DNA from: a virus
Taxonomy: Duplodnaviria; Caudoviricetes
Strand: one strand, 5' to 3'
DNA length: 31,420 bases
Virus record (IMG/VR): IMGVR_UViG_3300012682_000011
Coordinates: 1-31,420 of that record
Made by a program: the position numbers and the translations under genes. A model generated the notes under the pieces. The model searched no databases and had not been told where the DNA came from. It saw nothing but the letters and a program-made list of their open reading frames with translations. Positions 1-9,822 of this stretch are shown piece by piece; position 1 is the stretch's first letter; each line of letters starts with the position of its first letter.

Positions 1-351
1 CAGTTACAGCGGATGTAGATGTGTTCACAACATCAGCTTCAACGACAGCATTATCAGCAGCTTGCCTAAGTTGGGTAATAACGTCTTGGGTTCCTAAGTT
101 GTGGGTCAGAGTGATTGTGGTAGCTACAGCGTCACCAATAGTAAATATTTTCTTTACAGGGAAGCTAGCAAGGGAAACTGGAGTTACAGCTACGGTGCTA
201 TCTGTTCTGGCTTCAGCTTCAGCGGCAGTAGCGTATTCAGCAAGACCAAGCGTGGTGTTCGTTGCTCTATCTACATTGGCCTGTACAATTGTCCAGTTAG
301 CCCCAACGGTTGCTTGATCTCCAGCGGCACTTCCGTCCACAGTACAGATGA
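1..351. repeat. Terminal direct repeat, copy 1 (imperfect match to 31070-31420)
   Basis: Manual alignment at offset 31069: 1-103 and 259-351 identical, 28 substitutions within 104-258, no indels. Confidence 0.95.
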
Positions 352-1273
352 TAGTATCACCAACGGTTACAGCTACACCTGATACGCCACCAACTTTACC
401 TGCAACACTGATCTTATAGGTGTGTCCAGCGGAAGCGGCTACATAGTTTGGATTAAGTGAAGCGTCAATTGCTCCCTTATATACCATTGCATCATTTGCC
501 CCAAGCAGTGAATCAGCATAGGTCTTTGCGGCAAGGGCTGAAGGGATTTGTGCATCAGTAGCACCTGTAAGAGTTCCGGCGGTGTTTAGTACGCCAGATG
601 CTAAATCAGCAGTTTCAAGGTTTATGATGCCGTTACCTGTGCCGTTTGCGTCAAAGGCTTTGTTGGTTAAGGTATTGGTGGAGGAACCTGTAAGGTAGTC
701 CGTACCTGCTATGGCTGCGACAAATGCGGTGGTTCCAGTTCCTTTAACCAACCCTGTAAGTGTTATAGCTCCTGTACCTCCGTTTGCTACGGCAACTGTA
801 CCTGTTACGTTGTTAGCGGTTCCGGTGGTGCTCTGGTTAAGGGTGGGGAAGTCAGCCGCAACAGCAATGGTCAAGGCTCCTGTAGTGGTGGTGGTCTTGA
901 CGATACCTGTAGCTAGAGCTGATGTGCCAGCTGAGTAATCCGTTCCAGAAGCAGCGGCACTTAATACGCCTGCTGCACCTTTTAATATACCCGTGGTGGT
1001 GGCTCTTTTAACTGCTTTACCTGTCGTTCCATTAAAGATAACTAGCTCACTATCTACTGAAACTGCGGTATTACTAGAAACATCACCTGTTGCAGCTCCC
1101 GTTCCCATCTCATCCCAGGTTGTACCATTGTAGTTGCGTTGCCTGTTGGTGGATGTATTAAAGTAGGCTTGCCCCTTTACTGGTGTAGAAGGGTCAGTAG
1201 CTAGATTTTGCAGAGCTACATTCTGAAGCTCATTTTTCGCTAGATCAATATGTGTTAAGAACCTTTTTGACAT
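1..1273 (-). CDS. Tail fibre / fibre-adaptor protein, 5' part (continues at 31069-31014; about 442 aa in total); missing from the ORF track
   Basis: ATG at 1273, MSKRFLTHIDLAKNELQNVALQNLATDPSTPVKGQAYFNT..., G/T/A-rich, VANGGTGA motif, open to the window edge and in frame with 31014-31409. Confidence 0.85.
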   Translation of the reverse strand, partial: MSKRFLTHIDLAKNELQNVALQNLATDPSTPVKGQAYFNTSTNRQRNYNGTTWDEMGTGAATGDVSSNTAVSVDSELVIFNGTTGKAVKRATTTGILKGAAGVLSAAASGTDYSAGTSALATGIVKTTTTTGALTIAVAADFPTLNQSTTGTANNVTGTVAVANGGTGAITLTGLVKGTGTTAFVAAIAGTDYLTGSSTNTLTNKAFDANGTGNGIINLETADLASGVLNTAGTLTGATDAQIPSALAAKTYADSLLGANDAMVYKGAIDASLNPNYVAASAGHTYKISVAGKVGGVSGVAVTVGDTIICTVDGSAAGDQATVGANWTIVQANVDRATNTTLGLAEYATAAEAEARTDSTVAVTPVSLASFPVKKIFTIGDAVATTITLTHNLGTQDVITQLRQAADNAVVEADVVNTSTSAVT

Positions 1274-1287
1274 GGTTGTTGATTAGA

Positions 1288-1719
1288 TTAATTACAATTT
1301 ACTGTTCCCGTAAAGGGTAGGTTAAACACTACGGTTAGACTGTTGTTCGATACGTGGTTAACATCACCTATAGCCTCATCACCAGCGCTATCTATTACAG
1401 TGACAGCAGGTTTTTTTCCGAGGTTATGGGTAACCGTAACGCTACTACTAGAAACAAAGTTATGAACAAAATTCTTATCTGGGCCAACTGCGCCCGTTGC
1501 CCCTGCATCTCCCTTTTGAGCTATGTACTGCCATTTACTCGTATCTGTAGGCAAGGTTCCTGCTACAGCTGTTGCAAAGAGAACATATGATGAGCCGTTA
1601 TATGATACTGAGTCACCAACAGTGTAGGTTGTGGCAGCATTAAACGTACCCTTAGGGACAAGTCCACCTATGACAATCGCTGTGGGGTCAATCAGTTTTA
1701 CAAGCTTGAAGTTTGACAT
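1288..1719 (-). CDS. Small tail-associated protein (short GxxGxxG collagen-like linker, C-terminal THNLG domain)
   Basis: GTFNAATTYTVGDSVSYNGSSY (CBM5/12-like), KGDAGATGAVGP, VTVTHNLGKKPAVTVID; lies in the tail cluster. Confidence 0.75.
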   Translation of the reverse strand: MSNFKLVKLIDPTAIVIGGLVPKGTFNAATTYTVGDSVSYNGSSYVLFATAVAGTLPTDTSKWQYIAQKGDAGATGAVGPDKNFVHNFVSSSSVTVTHNLGKKPAVTVIDSAGDEAIGDVNHVSNNSLTVVFNLPFTGTVNCN

Positions 1720-1964
1720 TAGATGTAGGTTAAGCTAACTCTATTTGCCCACACATTATCAAAGCGGTCATCACCATCAGCAAAACTAGTGGTATAGGGG
1801 TTGGTGAGACTAATTCTACTTATTTGAAATACAGCCTCAGCGGTGTTGCTATAAATAGGCATACTGCGCCCTACATAGACGTAGGAACTCGTAACGTCTA
1901 TGAGCTCTCTCCAGGTTGCATCCTGGGTATACGTTGTTGAATCACTCCGAGGGTAGGAGGGCAT
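1719..1964 (-). CDS. Small conserved virion/tail-associated protein
   Basis: YVYVG...FQISRI...FADGDDRFDNVWANRVSLTY pattern typical of small genes preceding phage fibre clusters; stop overlaps next start. Confidence 0.7.
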   Translation of the reverse strand: MPSYPRSDSTTYTQDATWRELIDVTSSYVYVGRSMPIYSNTAEAVFQISRISLTNPYTTSFADGDDRFDNVWANRVSLTYI

Positions 1965-2013
1965 AGTGTGGGGTTACTGCTGTACTAATGGTAGCACACG
2001 GTTGAGGTACTCA

Positions 2014-2940
2014 CTAGATGCCGTTTCTAGCTTCTCTCTCTAACAGCTTGAGAAAGTCAGGGTCAGCAAGTATCGACTTCAGCTTATTTCGAGCATCGTC
2101 ATAGACCATAGTAGTGGTTCCTTCTGGGATGTTGTCTGATTCTCCATACAGTTTGATGCGTGGCTTGTTTGGGTTGCGTCCTTTCAAGAAGTCGAGAGCG
2201 TCAGTGTTACTCATCTCATCATGCCTCGCAAATGAGTAGTCATTGATCTTTACAGGCTTACTGCCTTGGATAAAACCACCTCGCTCATTCCTCAAAACCC
2301 GTCCTGTGAAGTCTCTACTGTCATAGGGTTTATTTACTAGGTTTAAGGCATTGCTTAAAGCACTTCTCTCTCTAGTGTCTACATAGGCTGCTTTGGCTAG
2401 TTTTGGGCTCATTCCTACGTTTCCAAGAGCTGCTATAAGTGCACCTATACCTGCCTGTTTGGTAGCTTCTACCCTGTCACCAGATTCTGCGAGCTCGTGC
2501 ATACCTCCAAAAACACCACCTTCAGCACCTCTAAGAGCGCTGTACCTAGCGAGTTTTGGCAGCATTACCCTAGCTCCATCTAGCACCTTAACGGCACCTA
2601 GTCCTGGGGTAGCTAATGCACCTAACAGCTCACCTCCCGTAGTACCTGCATCTCCTGCCAGTTTTGGTATGATGCCTTGATTTACTAATGAGTTAGTGGC
2701 ATTGGTGGCAAAGTTCATTCTCGGTATTACTTTTCCTGCTGCCTTGATTCCTTCTAGAGCTCCTACACCTTCTGTTTCACCTAGTGCAGCACCTGCTCCT
2801 AGTACTCCTAAATCTCTGGCAGGGGAAAGTAGCCCCTGAAGAGGGGAGGTGATAGCCTGGGCAAAGGTTCCCGTTTCTCTACTGGCATCACTCAGTATCT
2901 TTTTCAGGTTTTTGGCACTCAGTGCGTTGCGTAAACTCAT
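2014..2940 (-). CDS. Putative internal virion (DNA ejection) protein
   Basis: 308 aa, Gly/Ala-rich amphipathic helices, last of four ORFs after the nozzle. Confidence 0.6.
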   Translation of the reverse strand: MSLRNALSAKNLKKILSDASRETGTFAQAITSPLQGLLSPARDLGVLGAGAALGETEGVGALEGIKAAGKVIPRMNFATNATNSLVNQGIIPKLAGDAGTTGGELLGALATPGLGAVKVLDGARVMLPKLARYSALRGAEGGVFGGMHELAESGDRVEATKQAGIGALIAALGNVGMSPKLAKAAYVDTRERSALSNALNLVNKPYDSRDFTGRVLRNERGGFIQGSKPVKINDYSFARHDEMSNTDALDFLKGRNPNKPRIKLYGESDNIPEGTTTMVYDDARNKLKSILADPDFLKLLEREARNGI

Positions 2941-2945
2941 GGCGA

Positions 2946-4547
2946 TTAATTAGACATACCACGGCTCATAAGTTTCGCAATCTCTCGCTTAATAGCTTCT
3001 CGGCCTGCCATATTGACTGGTATTTTACCACCTATCTTACCTGCTACTTTTCCTGCGGTATTCGCTACTTCACCCATTAAACGGGGTGAGTAGAGGGGAG
3101 CAGTGGCCAGAGCTAGGGGATTAAGGGCTGTAAGAGCTGCTGAGGCTGAACCTGTAGCAAGGGGTGCAACAATACCTCTTGGTACCCAGGAATTAAGCTG
3201 ATAGCCAGCTAGTGCGTCTTGCAAACTAGCACCAGTTCTCTCATCTAGCTCTTTAATAGCGTTTCTCCTAATATCATAGGTTGGGTTGTTGTTATTGGAG
3301 AGTAAAAGTTTTCTGAGAGCGGTTTCACGAGTTTTACCTTCACCCATAGAGAGGGATTTCTCGGCTTCATCTAGGAATTTAGCATCTCTGGCAAAGTTTC
3401 CTTTAGCGCCAGTGTAGCCGTCTACATCGTTTAACTGAGTAGCTACTGAGTCTCGCATACCTTTCAGTACGGCTTTAGCACGTTTTGATAGGGTAGGGCT
3501 GTAAAGGTTATCTAGTCTCTGCTTTAAGGTATCTACACCTTTTACACTGAGGTCATCCCAGTTCTCTACATCACTGATTGCTCGCTGGATGAGCCCTATT
3601 TCTGCAGGGTCTGATACGGCAGAGCGTCCAAATGTCATTTTTCCTGTATCATCCATTAAATCGAACTGCTGTAACGTCTTAGCGATACCTCGAGCCATCT
3701 TGTTTTGATCTGCCTCAAAGGGTCTACCCTGTACCTTTTCCCACGCATCACTATATTTCTTGAGCTGGGTGCCTCTGACTTGGCGCATTGCGTCTTGAGC
3801 ATTCTCTAAAATAGTTTCAGGGCTGGTGTTGCCTCGCATAGCATCTACTAGCTCAGTGCTTCCTTTTTTGCCAGCTCGGTAGGCTTGCTCGATACTGTGT
3901 TTGCCAGAACCTGTCGTAATTCCGAGTATTCCTGGTAGTGCGTTTCTTGCCACAGCACCAGCCGTAGCCATACCGCCACTTATGAGGGCTGTATTTTTGG
4001 CTTCAGTTAAGGCTTTTTTAGCGTCACCAGTTCTGGATGCTGCATCTACAAATGAGGTAGCACCTGAACCGCTTACGGCTTTTAGCGCTCCTAGTAATCC
4101 CTTGCCATAGGGCATCAGTACTTGGGGTACAGCTTTGGCTGTCTCTAGTTGTCCTTTACCAAGTAGTGAACCCCATTGACCAGCTGTACTTCCGCTCACT
4201 TCTCTGTCAGCAGTTCCCTGGTCTACAGCTGCTCGTTTCAGAGCTCCATCAATTTTAGCGTCAATAGAGTTAGGTGCTACCATTTTGCCAAGGTTGGCTA
4301 ACCCTCTAACCGCTCCACCGAAAAACGCATTATTGGAACTTTCGGCAAACTCAGCAATACCACCTCGCTTCTTAGTAGGAGTTGGGGTTTGGGTAAGAGC
4401 AGGGGAGGGTGCAGCTTGCTCTTCTGAGCCGTATTTGCTGGTAAAGTCTGACACTACCGCCTGTACATCTTCTTTAGGCGCTTTCTTCTCAGCCATCTTT
4501 ACCACTATGTCATCTAATTGTTTTCTACGGTCTTGAGTTAGGGGCAT
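2946..4547 (-). CDS. Putative DNA ejection/transfer protein (P22 gp16/gp20-like position)
   Basis: 533 aa, helical and Ala/Gly-rich, C-terminal hydrophobic segment followed by SPRLMGE; synteny. Confidence 0.7.
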   Translation of the reverse strand: MPLTQDRRKQLDDIVVKMAEKKAPKEDVQAVVSDFTSKYGSEEQAAPSPALTQTPTPTKKRGGIAEFAESSNNAFFGGAVRGLANLGKMVAPNSIDAKIDGALKRAAVDQGTADREVSGSTAGQWGSLLGKGQLETAKAVPQVLMPYGKGLLGALKAVSGSGATSFVDAASRTGDAKKALTEAKNTALISGGMATAGAVARNALPGILGITTGSGKHSIEQAYRAGKKGSTELVDAMRGNTSPETILENAQDAMRQVRGTQLKKYSDAWEKVQGRPFEADQNKMARGIAKTLQQFDLMDDTGKMTFGRSAVSDPAEIGLIQRAISDVENWDDLSVKGVDTLKQRLDNLYSPTLSKRAKAVLKGMRDSVATQLNDVDGYTGAKGNFARDAKFLDEAEKSLSMGEGKTRETALRKLLLSNNNNPTYDIRRNAIKELDERTGASLQDALAGYQLNSWVPRGIVAPLATGSASAALTALNPLALATAPLYSPRLMGEVANTAGKVAGKIGGKIPVNMAGREAIKREIAKLMSRGMSN

Positions 4548-4549
4548 GG

Positions 4550-5251
4550 TTAGTAGCTAAGCTCGTACTTGTTTTTGGTTTGCTCCACAAGATCGGCAAC
4601 AGGATCAACTGCGTCATACTGTTTTGTCTGCTTCTTCATGTTGGCTTGAGAGCGTATTACTGATGCTTCTAGGGTTTTTAATTTAGCTTTTAGCTCTTGT
4701 CTGGTATCAGTAATAGCTGGTAGGAATTTAGATAATCGCTCTACTTCTGCATCAGCTGCAGTAGCACCAGATATAGCCTTAATGAAGTTTGCCTTTAAGA
4801 TATTGGCAGATGCGTCAAACTCTAGTTCACTGTCTTTTACAGGAACCATGCTAGAGCCTCCAAGCTTTCTAATGAAGTTCTTAATACCCATTGTTCTACC
4901 TGTATCAAGCTCTTTATTGCTCTTTTCTAAGAGCTTTCGTAAATCAGAAACCCCACCTAAGAAGTTATCGGTAGCGGTTAAGCTCTCAATTTGGCTTGGT
5001 GCTATTTTCGGTTTGGCTGCAGGTTTAGGGTACAAGCGTTCTGCTTCTACCTTAGCCTTAGCCTCATTCACCGTCTTTTTAGTGATAAATTCAGGGTCTG
5101 CTTCTTGCAAGCGTTGTACGAGTTCCATTTGCTTCATCTGGTTCTCAAGTACACGCCCTTGATTCACGAGCCCTACATCACTGGTAGCTGCTTTCTGCGC
5201 TTTGGATGAGGCATGTAGTTTTAAATATTCGTCATAAGAGGGTAGGGGCAT
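4550..5251 (-). CDS. Putative ejection protein
   Basis: 233 aa, AISGATAADAEVERL motif typical of podovirus internal proteins; synteny. Confidence 0.6.
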   Translation of the reverse strand: MPLPSYDEYLKLHASSKAQKAATSDVGLVNQGRVLENQMKQMELVQRLQEADPEFITKKTVNEAKAKVEAERLYPKPAAKPKIAPSQIESLTATDNFLGGVSDLRKLLEKSNKELDTGRTMGIKNFIRKLGGSSMVPVKDSELEFDASANILKANFIKAISGATAADAEVERLSKFLPAITDTRQELKAKLKTLEASVIRSQANMKKQTKQYDAVDPVADLVEQTKNKYELSY

Positions 5252-5253
5252 GA

Positions 5254-5973
5254 TTAAACTCCATATACTTTACTAAATAGTTCATAGAGCTCTTTAGGCA
5301 TAGGCTTCTCAGCGTTTAGGAACTGCAAAAAGATACTAGAGGATTGGCTTGCTTTCTCACGCTGTACACTGGATTCTTGAGCAGTACGGTTGTAAGCTCT
5401 ATCCTCTAAGGCTATGCGCCTATCTTCTGTAGCGTAGCGGTTAGTATCACGCTCTTTGGAGAATCGCTGCTGCATACTCTCTAGTAATGCACTCTTCTTT
5501 TCGGTAGCTCCTTGGTTGGTATTAGTCAGTCTCTGCGCTATGTAGGAGAGTTTGTTGCCTAAATCTTGACCCACTTCACGAGTGTTTTTAACCTCTTCTT
5601 CAGTCTCAAAGTTTTGGGAAGCACCAGACACAATACCCTCACGGGCTAGAGGGTCATTCATGCGTTTGCGTTGGTACACCTGCGCTATACTGTCTTGCAG
5701 TCGCTTAGCTGAAGTCTCGGCTACTCTGCGCTCATTCTCCAGGTCGGCAGATACCCCTCTCACCTCTGGGTTGATTTGGGCATCAGCCTGTAGACTGGCA
5801 TTTCTTCTATCTTCATCAGCTAAGCTCTCTACTACGTCCGTTTGGCTGGCCATGTCAGTAGTGCCTGCGAGTCTGGCAAACTCATCAGCGCTGCTAATCG
5901 CACGTAAACTGCCTGCACCTTCTCTCAGGTATACAGTGGGGTCATTTTTTGCTCTCACAAAACGGGAGGCCAT
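5254..5973 (-). CDS. Putative ejection protein (coiled coil)
   Basis: 239 aa, charged and helical; synteny. Confidence 0.55.
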   Translation of the reverse strand: MASRFVRAKNDPTVYLREGAGSLRAISSADEFARLAGTTDMASQTDVVESLADEDRRNASLQADAQINPEVRGVSADLENERRVAETSAKRLQDSIAQVYQRKRMNDPLAREGIVSGASQNFETEEEVKNTREVGQDLGNKLSYIAQRLTNTNQGATEKKSALLESMQQRFSKERDTNRYATEDRRIALEDRAYNRTAQESSVQREKASQSSSIFLQFLNAEKPMPKELYELFSKVYGV

Positions 5974-5985
5974 AGGGGTATGTGG

Positions 5986-6546
5986 TTATGCTGCTTCGTA
6001 GAAAAAGTTTCCGTCAACACCCTTCGTTCCAAATGAGGTGAAGGGAGCCCCATTTCCACTTGTGTATAAGGTGGCAGTAGTGGAACCAGCAGTTAACGAG
6101 ATCATCCCAGCAGTTGACCACGTTCCGTTATCGTCCACGCAGATAACGCTCAACCGCCCAGTGCTTTTTGACGCTACCGGAAGCGTGGCGGTGAAGGACG
6201 TGGAGTTTGATGTTCCGTATGCAAACAGGCGGCAGTACACAAACTTTCCGAGCTGCTGGTTCCGAGCAGCTTCGATGGTGATGGTTCCTGTGAATCCAGT
6301 GAACGTGGGTGTCCATGTAGTCCAGGCTTCTGAGGCTATCTTAGATGTAGTTACCGAACTACTAGCAAGTTTGATGGCAGTTACTGAGCCATCTACCAAC
6401 TTGGCGGTAGTAACACTGGCATCTCGTAAATTGCTCTGGTCTATGTTGCCGTTCATCTCGTTAGCAAGAGAGTCAAAGTTGTTGTCAACGGTGGTAGCAT
6501 CTCCTGTGGTTCCGTTGCTGATTTGGGTGAGGGTTACTGTTGCCAT
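5986..6546 (-). CDS. Tail needle/short fibre-like protein
   Basis: GTTGDATTVDNNF N-terminus, three SVTxxK(L/I) repeats, beta-rich C-terminus WTTWTPTFTG. Confidence 0.7.
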   Translation of the reverse strand: MATVTLTQISNGTTGDATTVDNNFDSLANEMNGNIDQSNLRDASVTTAKLVDGSVTAIKLASSSVTTSKIASEAWTTWTPTFTGFTGTITIEAARNQQLGKFVYCRLFAYGTSNSTSFTATLPVASKSTGRLSVICVDDNGTWSTAGMISLTAGSTTATLYTSGNGAPFTSFGTKGVDGNFFYEAA

Positions 6547-6552
6547 AGGGGG

Positions 6553-9114
6553 TTAGGCTCTATTTTTACTGGTTTGATGTTTAACGCTGATTGAGAGAAC
6601 TGATATAGGCTGGTCTACTGCATTATTCCTAAATCTGAATTTGAAACCATTTCGAGTCAAATTGATGTGTACCACTCGCTCTACGTGGCTTGAGCCTCCC
6701 CATTGGAATGAACCCCAGGTCACAGCTCCCCATATAGGAGCGTTTGGGTTCAAGTTTATGGTGCGCTCTGTGAATGAGGTGAGGTTGGTTTGGGTACTCC
6801 AGCCTACCGTGAGAGGAAAATCACCCGTAGCTTCTGCTACTACTAGCATATCACGCAAGGTGGTGCGGTAAAAGGAAGAGCTAAAAGTTCGGATACCCGT
6901 TTGTACGTCCATATCTATAGCTTCTCCATTGTCGCTGTCTCCTATATTCATTTGGTAGACCGTTCCTACATTGCTTCTGGAATCACCATAGAACACCTGG
7001 GGAACTCCACTACTGTCAGGGTGGCTTGTGAAGCATGCGGCATACTTTCCTATATCAACTGAGAACCCACCATCTGGGCATTTCGTAGTATCCAGTACAA
7101 TCATCATGTCATTGTGGCCACTTGCTGATCTGGCTACTGAGAGTATGTACTCATCCCCATTTACCCCTGCAGAAGCAGTAGGAAGCAGTGGCAAGGCTAA
7201 ATCAGCAACTGTATCCTTTATAGGGTCTGATACTAATTCTGCATACTGGCTATTAGTGCGCATGATGTGTCCATCTGCTCGCTGATAGTAGACCCAGTAA
7301 CCTACTTGCTTGATGGTTTTAACACTAACCGCTCCAAAAGAGTTGGGAATAGCTCGTACTTTCTCACTCCCCACATTAGCTCCTGTATAATCATAGTTTT
7401 CAATGCGGTATATCTGCTTTTTGCCGAAAATAAGCAGTATTCTGTTCATATAGATTACAGCACCTATCGTATCCTCTGGTAAATCAAGGGTATTAGTTGA
7501 GGGGAATGTCCCTGTAAAGTTGTCAGAGCCTAAATTGGTGTATGATGTGCGGTTAGTGGTCTTATTTCCCATCCAGAGCCTGCCGTCATAAGCAATTATC
7601 CAGCTATTTACAGGAAATCCAGTAGCCGTGGCAGTACTCAAAGTCGTTCCATCCCACTTACGGGTAATAACCCCATCTACTATGTAGAGGGCATCAGTTC
7701 CACCAGCAGCTGTTGAGGGCATATGCGCCATTTCTACAGCGTTGGAAGTAGTAAGCGTGGCTCCGAGAGCAGCCCACTTAAGCGATGCGTTTATTTTAAT
7801 GGAGTAGGGGGCAACAGTACCCGTTACCCAGGCCACAGGAGCGAGTAGAGGTGAGCTATTCACGTACTCAGGTGCACTGGGGTAGCGGTTTTGCAGCGTA
7901 TCGTTACTGATTCTGGTAGGTAGCAGGTCAAGATTACCACCTATTAGGTTTCTATAGGTAATATCCTTATCGTTTACCGCATCCGTGGTGACCTCAAACT
8001 GCCTCAACTGCGCTCCTGTTAGGTTGCCAAATGCAGTGAGCACGATACCCTCTGATGCGGTAGAACTAGATGCGCCCCATTGGAGAGATGAGCCTACAAT
8101 AGTAGCGGTGAACATACCGTCTGTACTACTGCCGTAAGTGGCCAGTACTATTTGACTACTCCATCCAGATGAGTACGTACGGTAACAGTACTGAGTTGAG
8201 GGATTACCCACCTGGTACAGGATGCGTGGAGAGTCACCAGAACAAATAAGTAAAGGAAAGTGACGGGTGGAAGGGGTAGCGGTAGAAAGTCCTAGCGTAT
8301 TTATCCAGGTCGCACCGCTGTTGGCAGATTCACAAACCTTAACCTGGTAGTTCGTGCCGTCAAAATGGCGGTAGGCTACATAGAGAGTGCCTGTAGTACC
8401 TCTTGTGATAGAAGGTACACTTGCAGAATCACTGACCCCTGTACCTGCTACTGATCTCAAGGTTCCTAGTGTCCAGGTAGCACCAGAGCCCTTTACTGCT
8501 TGGATGTACTTCACGGCTGTTGCGCTGGAGGCAAAAATAATGTGTAGGTTGTCTGAGCTGTCAATTACAGCGCTGTACCCTATCTCGGTTGAAGCGTCTA
8601 TACTCAGGCTATTTGTCCAGGTAGTGTAGGCTGAGCCTCCTGTACTGTCGCTCCAGCGCAAAACCAGTCCTGTGCCTGTTTGGATAAGCAGTAAAAGATA
8701 CGGGTTTCCGTTTACGTCCAGTGTAGTGGTAAAGAATAGGTGACGATCTTTACTGTAGCCTGTAGCCTGAGCGTTGGTACTAGTGGTTACTACGGCAGGG
8801 GTACCACTCTCGGTGGAGCGGTAGAGATCAGTATTGTAGGCTGATACTAAGTAGCTGGTACCACCTTTTTTAACGTAGGATTCTAAGCCTCTCACACTGC
8901 TTATAGCTCCTATCTGCTCACCCTTTAGCTGGGTTCCTTTACGCTTAGCAAACCCACTCCCTGACTGGTTGACTCTAGCGTTTTGAAGCAGGCGCAGAGC
9001 AACCGTAGTTTCTGGGTCTCTCGTATTCATCCCTTGCGAAAAGTCAGTCAATGGGGTGATTGCTGGCAAGTTCGGCTCTGTGTAGCGGTAACTATGTCTA
9101 GGGGATAAGGGCAT
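6553..9114 (-). CDS. Tail nozzle / DNA stabilisation protein (P22 gp10 / T7 gp12-like) with an inserted beta-rich domain
   Basis: 853 aa; DFSQGMNT...LLQNARV...KRKG N-terminus, AYDGRLW, WGAVTWGSFQWG C-terminus; follows the adaptor gene. Confidence 0.75.
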   Translation of the reverse strand: MPLSPRHSYRYTEPNLPAITPLTDFSQGMNTRDPETTVALRLLQNARVNQSGSGFAKRKGTQLKGEQIGAISSVRGLESYVKKGGTSYLVSAYNTDLYRSTESGTPAVVTTSTNAQATGYSKDRHLFFTTTLDVNGNPYLLLLIQTGTGLVLRWSDSTGGSAYTTWTNSLSIDASTEIGYSAVIDSSDNLHIIFASSATAVKYIQAVKGSGATWTLGTLRSVAGTGVSDSASVPSITRGTTGTLYVAYRHFDGTNYQVKVCESANSGATWINTLGLSTATPSTRHFPLLICSGDSPRILYQVGNPSTQYCYRTYSSGWSSQIVLATYGSSTDGMFTATIVGSSLQWGASSSTASEGIVLTAFGNLTGAQLRQFEVTTDAVNDKDITYRNLIGGNLDLLPTRISNDTLQNRYPSAPEYVNSSPLLAPVAWVTGTVAPYSIKINASLKWAALGATLTTSNAVEMAHMPSTAAGGTDALYIVDGVITRKWDGTTLSTATATGFPVNSWIIAYDGRLWMGNKTTNRTSYTNLGSDNFTGTFPSTNTLDLPEDTIGAVIYMNRILLIFGKKQIYRIENYDYTGANVGSEKVRAIPNSFGAVSVKTIKQVGYWVYYQRADGHIMRTNSQYAELVSDPIKDTVADLALPLLPTASAGVNGDEYILSVARSASGHNDMMIVLDTTKCPDGGFSVDIGKYAACFTSHPDSSGVPQVFYGDSRSNVGTVYQMNIGDSDNGEAIDMDVQTGIRTFSSSFYRTTLRDMLVVAEATGDFPLTVGWSTQTNLTSFTERTINLNPNAPIWGAVTWGSFQWGGSSHVERVVHINLTRNGFKFRFRNNAVDQPISVLSISVKHQTSKNRA

Positions 9115-9128
9115 AGGGGTATTGCTCG

Positions 9129-9800
9129 TTAGAAGTTAGAAGGGAAACGAACCATGGGAACTGTAGAGTGTGTAGGTTGGAGCACCAGAGGTGCGTCTAC
9201 AGGTCTGCCGTCTTGCTGGTCTACCAAGTCGAGCAGTGCGTTCTCATAGAGATCATGACTGGCTACAGCTCGGTTATCTCCTTGAGAAGCAAAGTAGCTA
9301 CTCGTGGCGTAATAGGCAAGCATCCGGTGAAATGATTTAGGTATAAAAGGCACATCATCCGTAGAGGCTAGGTGTGGTATAGCTTTATACACAATAGCAC
9401 TCAAGGCTACAGCACTATTAGGAGTGGGGGAGAGCAGAAGTGTTGAGTACGGGGTATCACTCACAGCATCACGACTTAAGCCTGCTATACGGTAGTTCTT
9501 AATACTGCCTGTAGTGTCGTTTTGAGTATAAAAATCCTGGATACCTAAGTAGTGCAGTCCCTGGGTTTTACCGGTCTCTTTTACCAGGATAGGTCGTAAA
9601 ACCTCAACTCCTAGACTGTAAGATGCTATCCCATTAATGGTGGTAATGGGGATTATGGCTTCTTGGAAGGCAAATACATACCTGCTGTTTAAATCGTCTA
9701 TCCCATCATTGAGCCAGAGTGCTAAATCAGTATCGTAACTAGTATCCTCTTGCAAGCCTGCATCCCTACGGGCTTTTTGAAGAAGGATTGCTTGGTTCAT
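9129..9800 (-). CDS. Head-tail adaptor (P22 gp4 / T7 gp11-like); probable start at 9800 (MNQAILLQKARR)
   Basis: WLNDGIDDL, DDVPFIPKSFHRMLAYYA motifs; follows the capsid gene; the longer track start lies inside a terminator. Confidence 0.75.
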   Translation of the reverse strand: MNQAILLQKARRDAGLQEDTSYDTDLALWLNDGIDDLNSRYVFAFQEAIIPITTINGIASYSLGVEVLRPILVKETGKTQGLHYLGIQDFYTQNDTTGSIKNYRIAGLSRDAVSDTPYSTLLLSPTPNSAVALSAIVYKAIPHLASTDDVPFIPKSFHRMLAYYATSSYFASQGDNRAVASHDLYENALLDLVDQQDGRPVDAPLVLQPTHSTVPMVRFPSNF

Positions 9801-9822
9801 CGAGAGGTGCTTAAGGGTAAAT

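Noticed and set aside
104-258. Diversity-generating retroelement TR/VR pair
   Set aside because: Substitutions involve all four bases in both copies and are mostly synonymous, not adenine-specific; no reverse transcriptase gene
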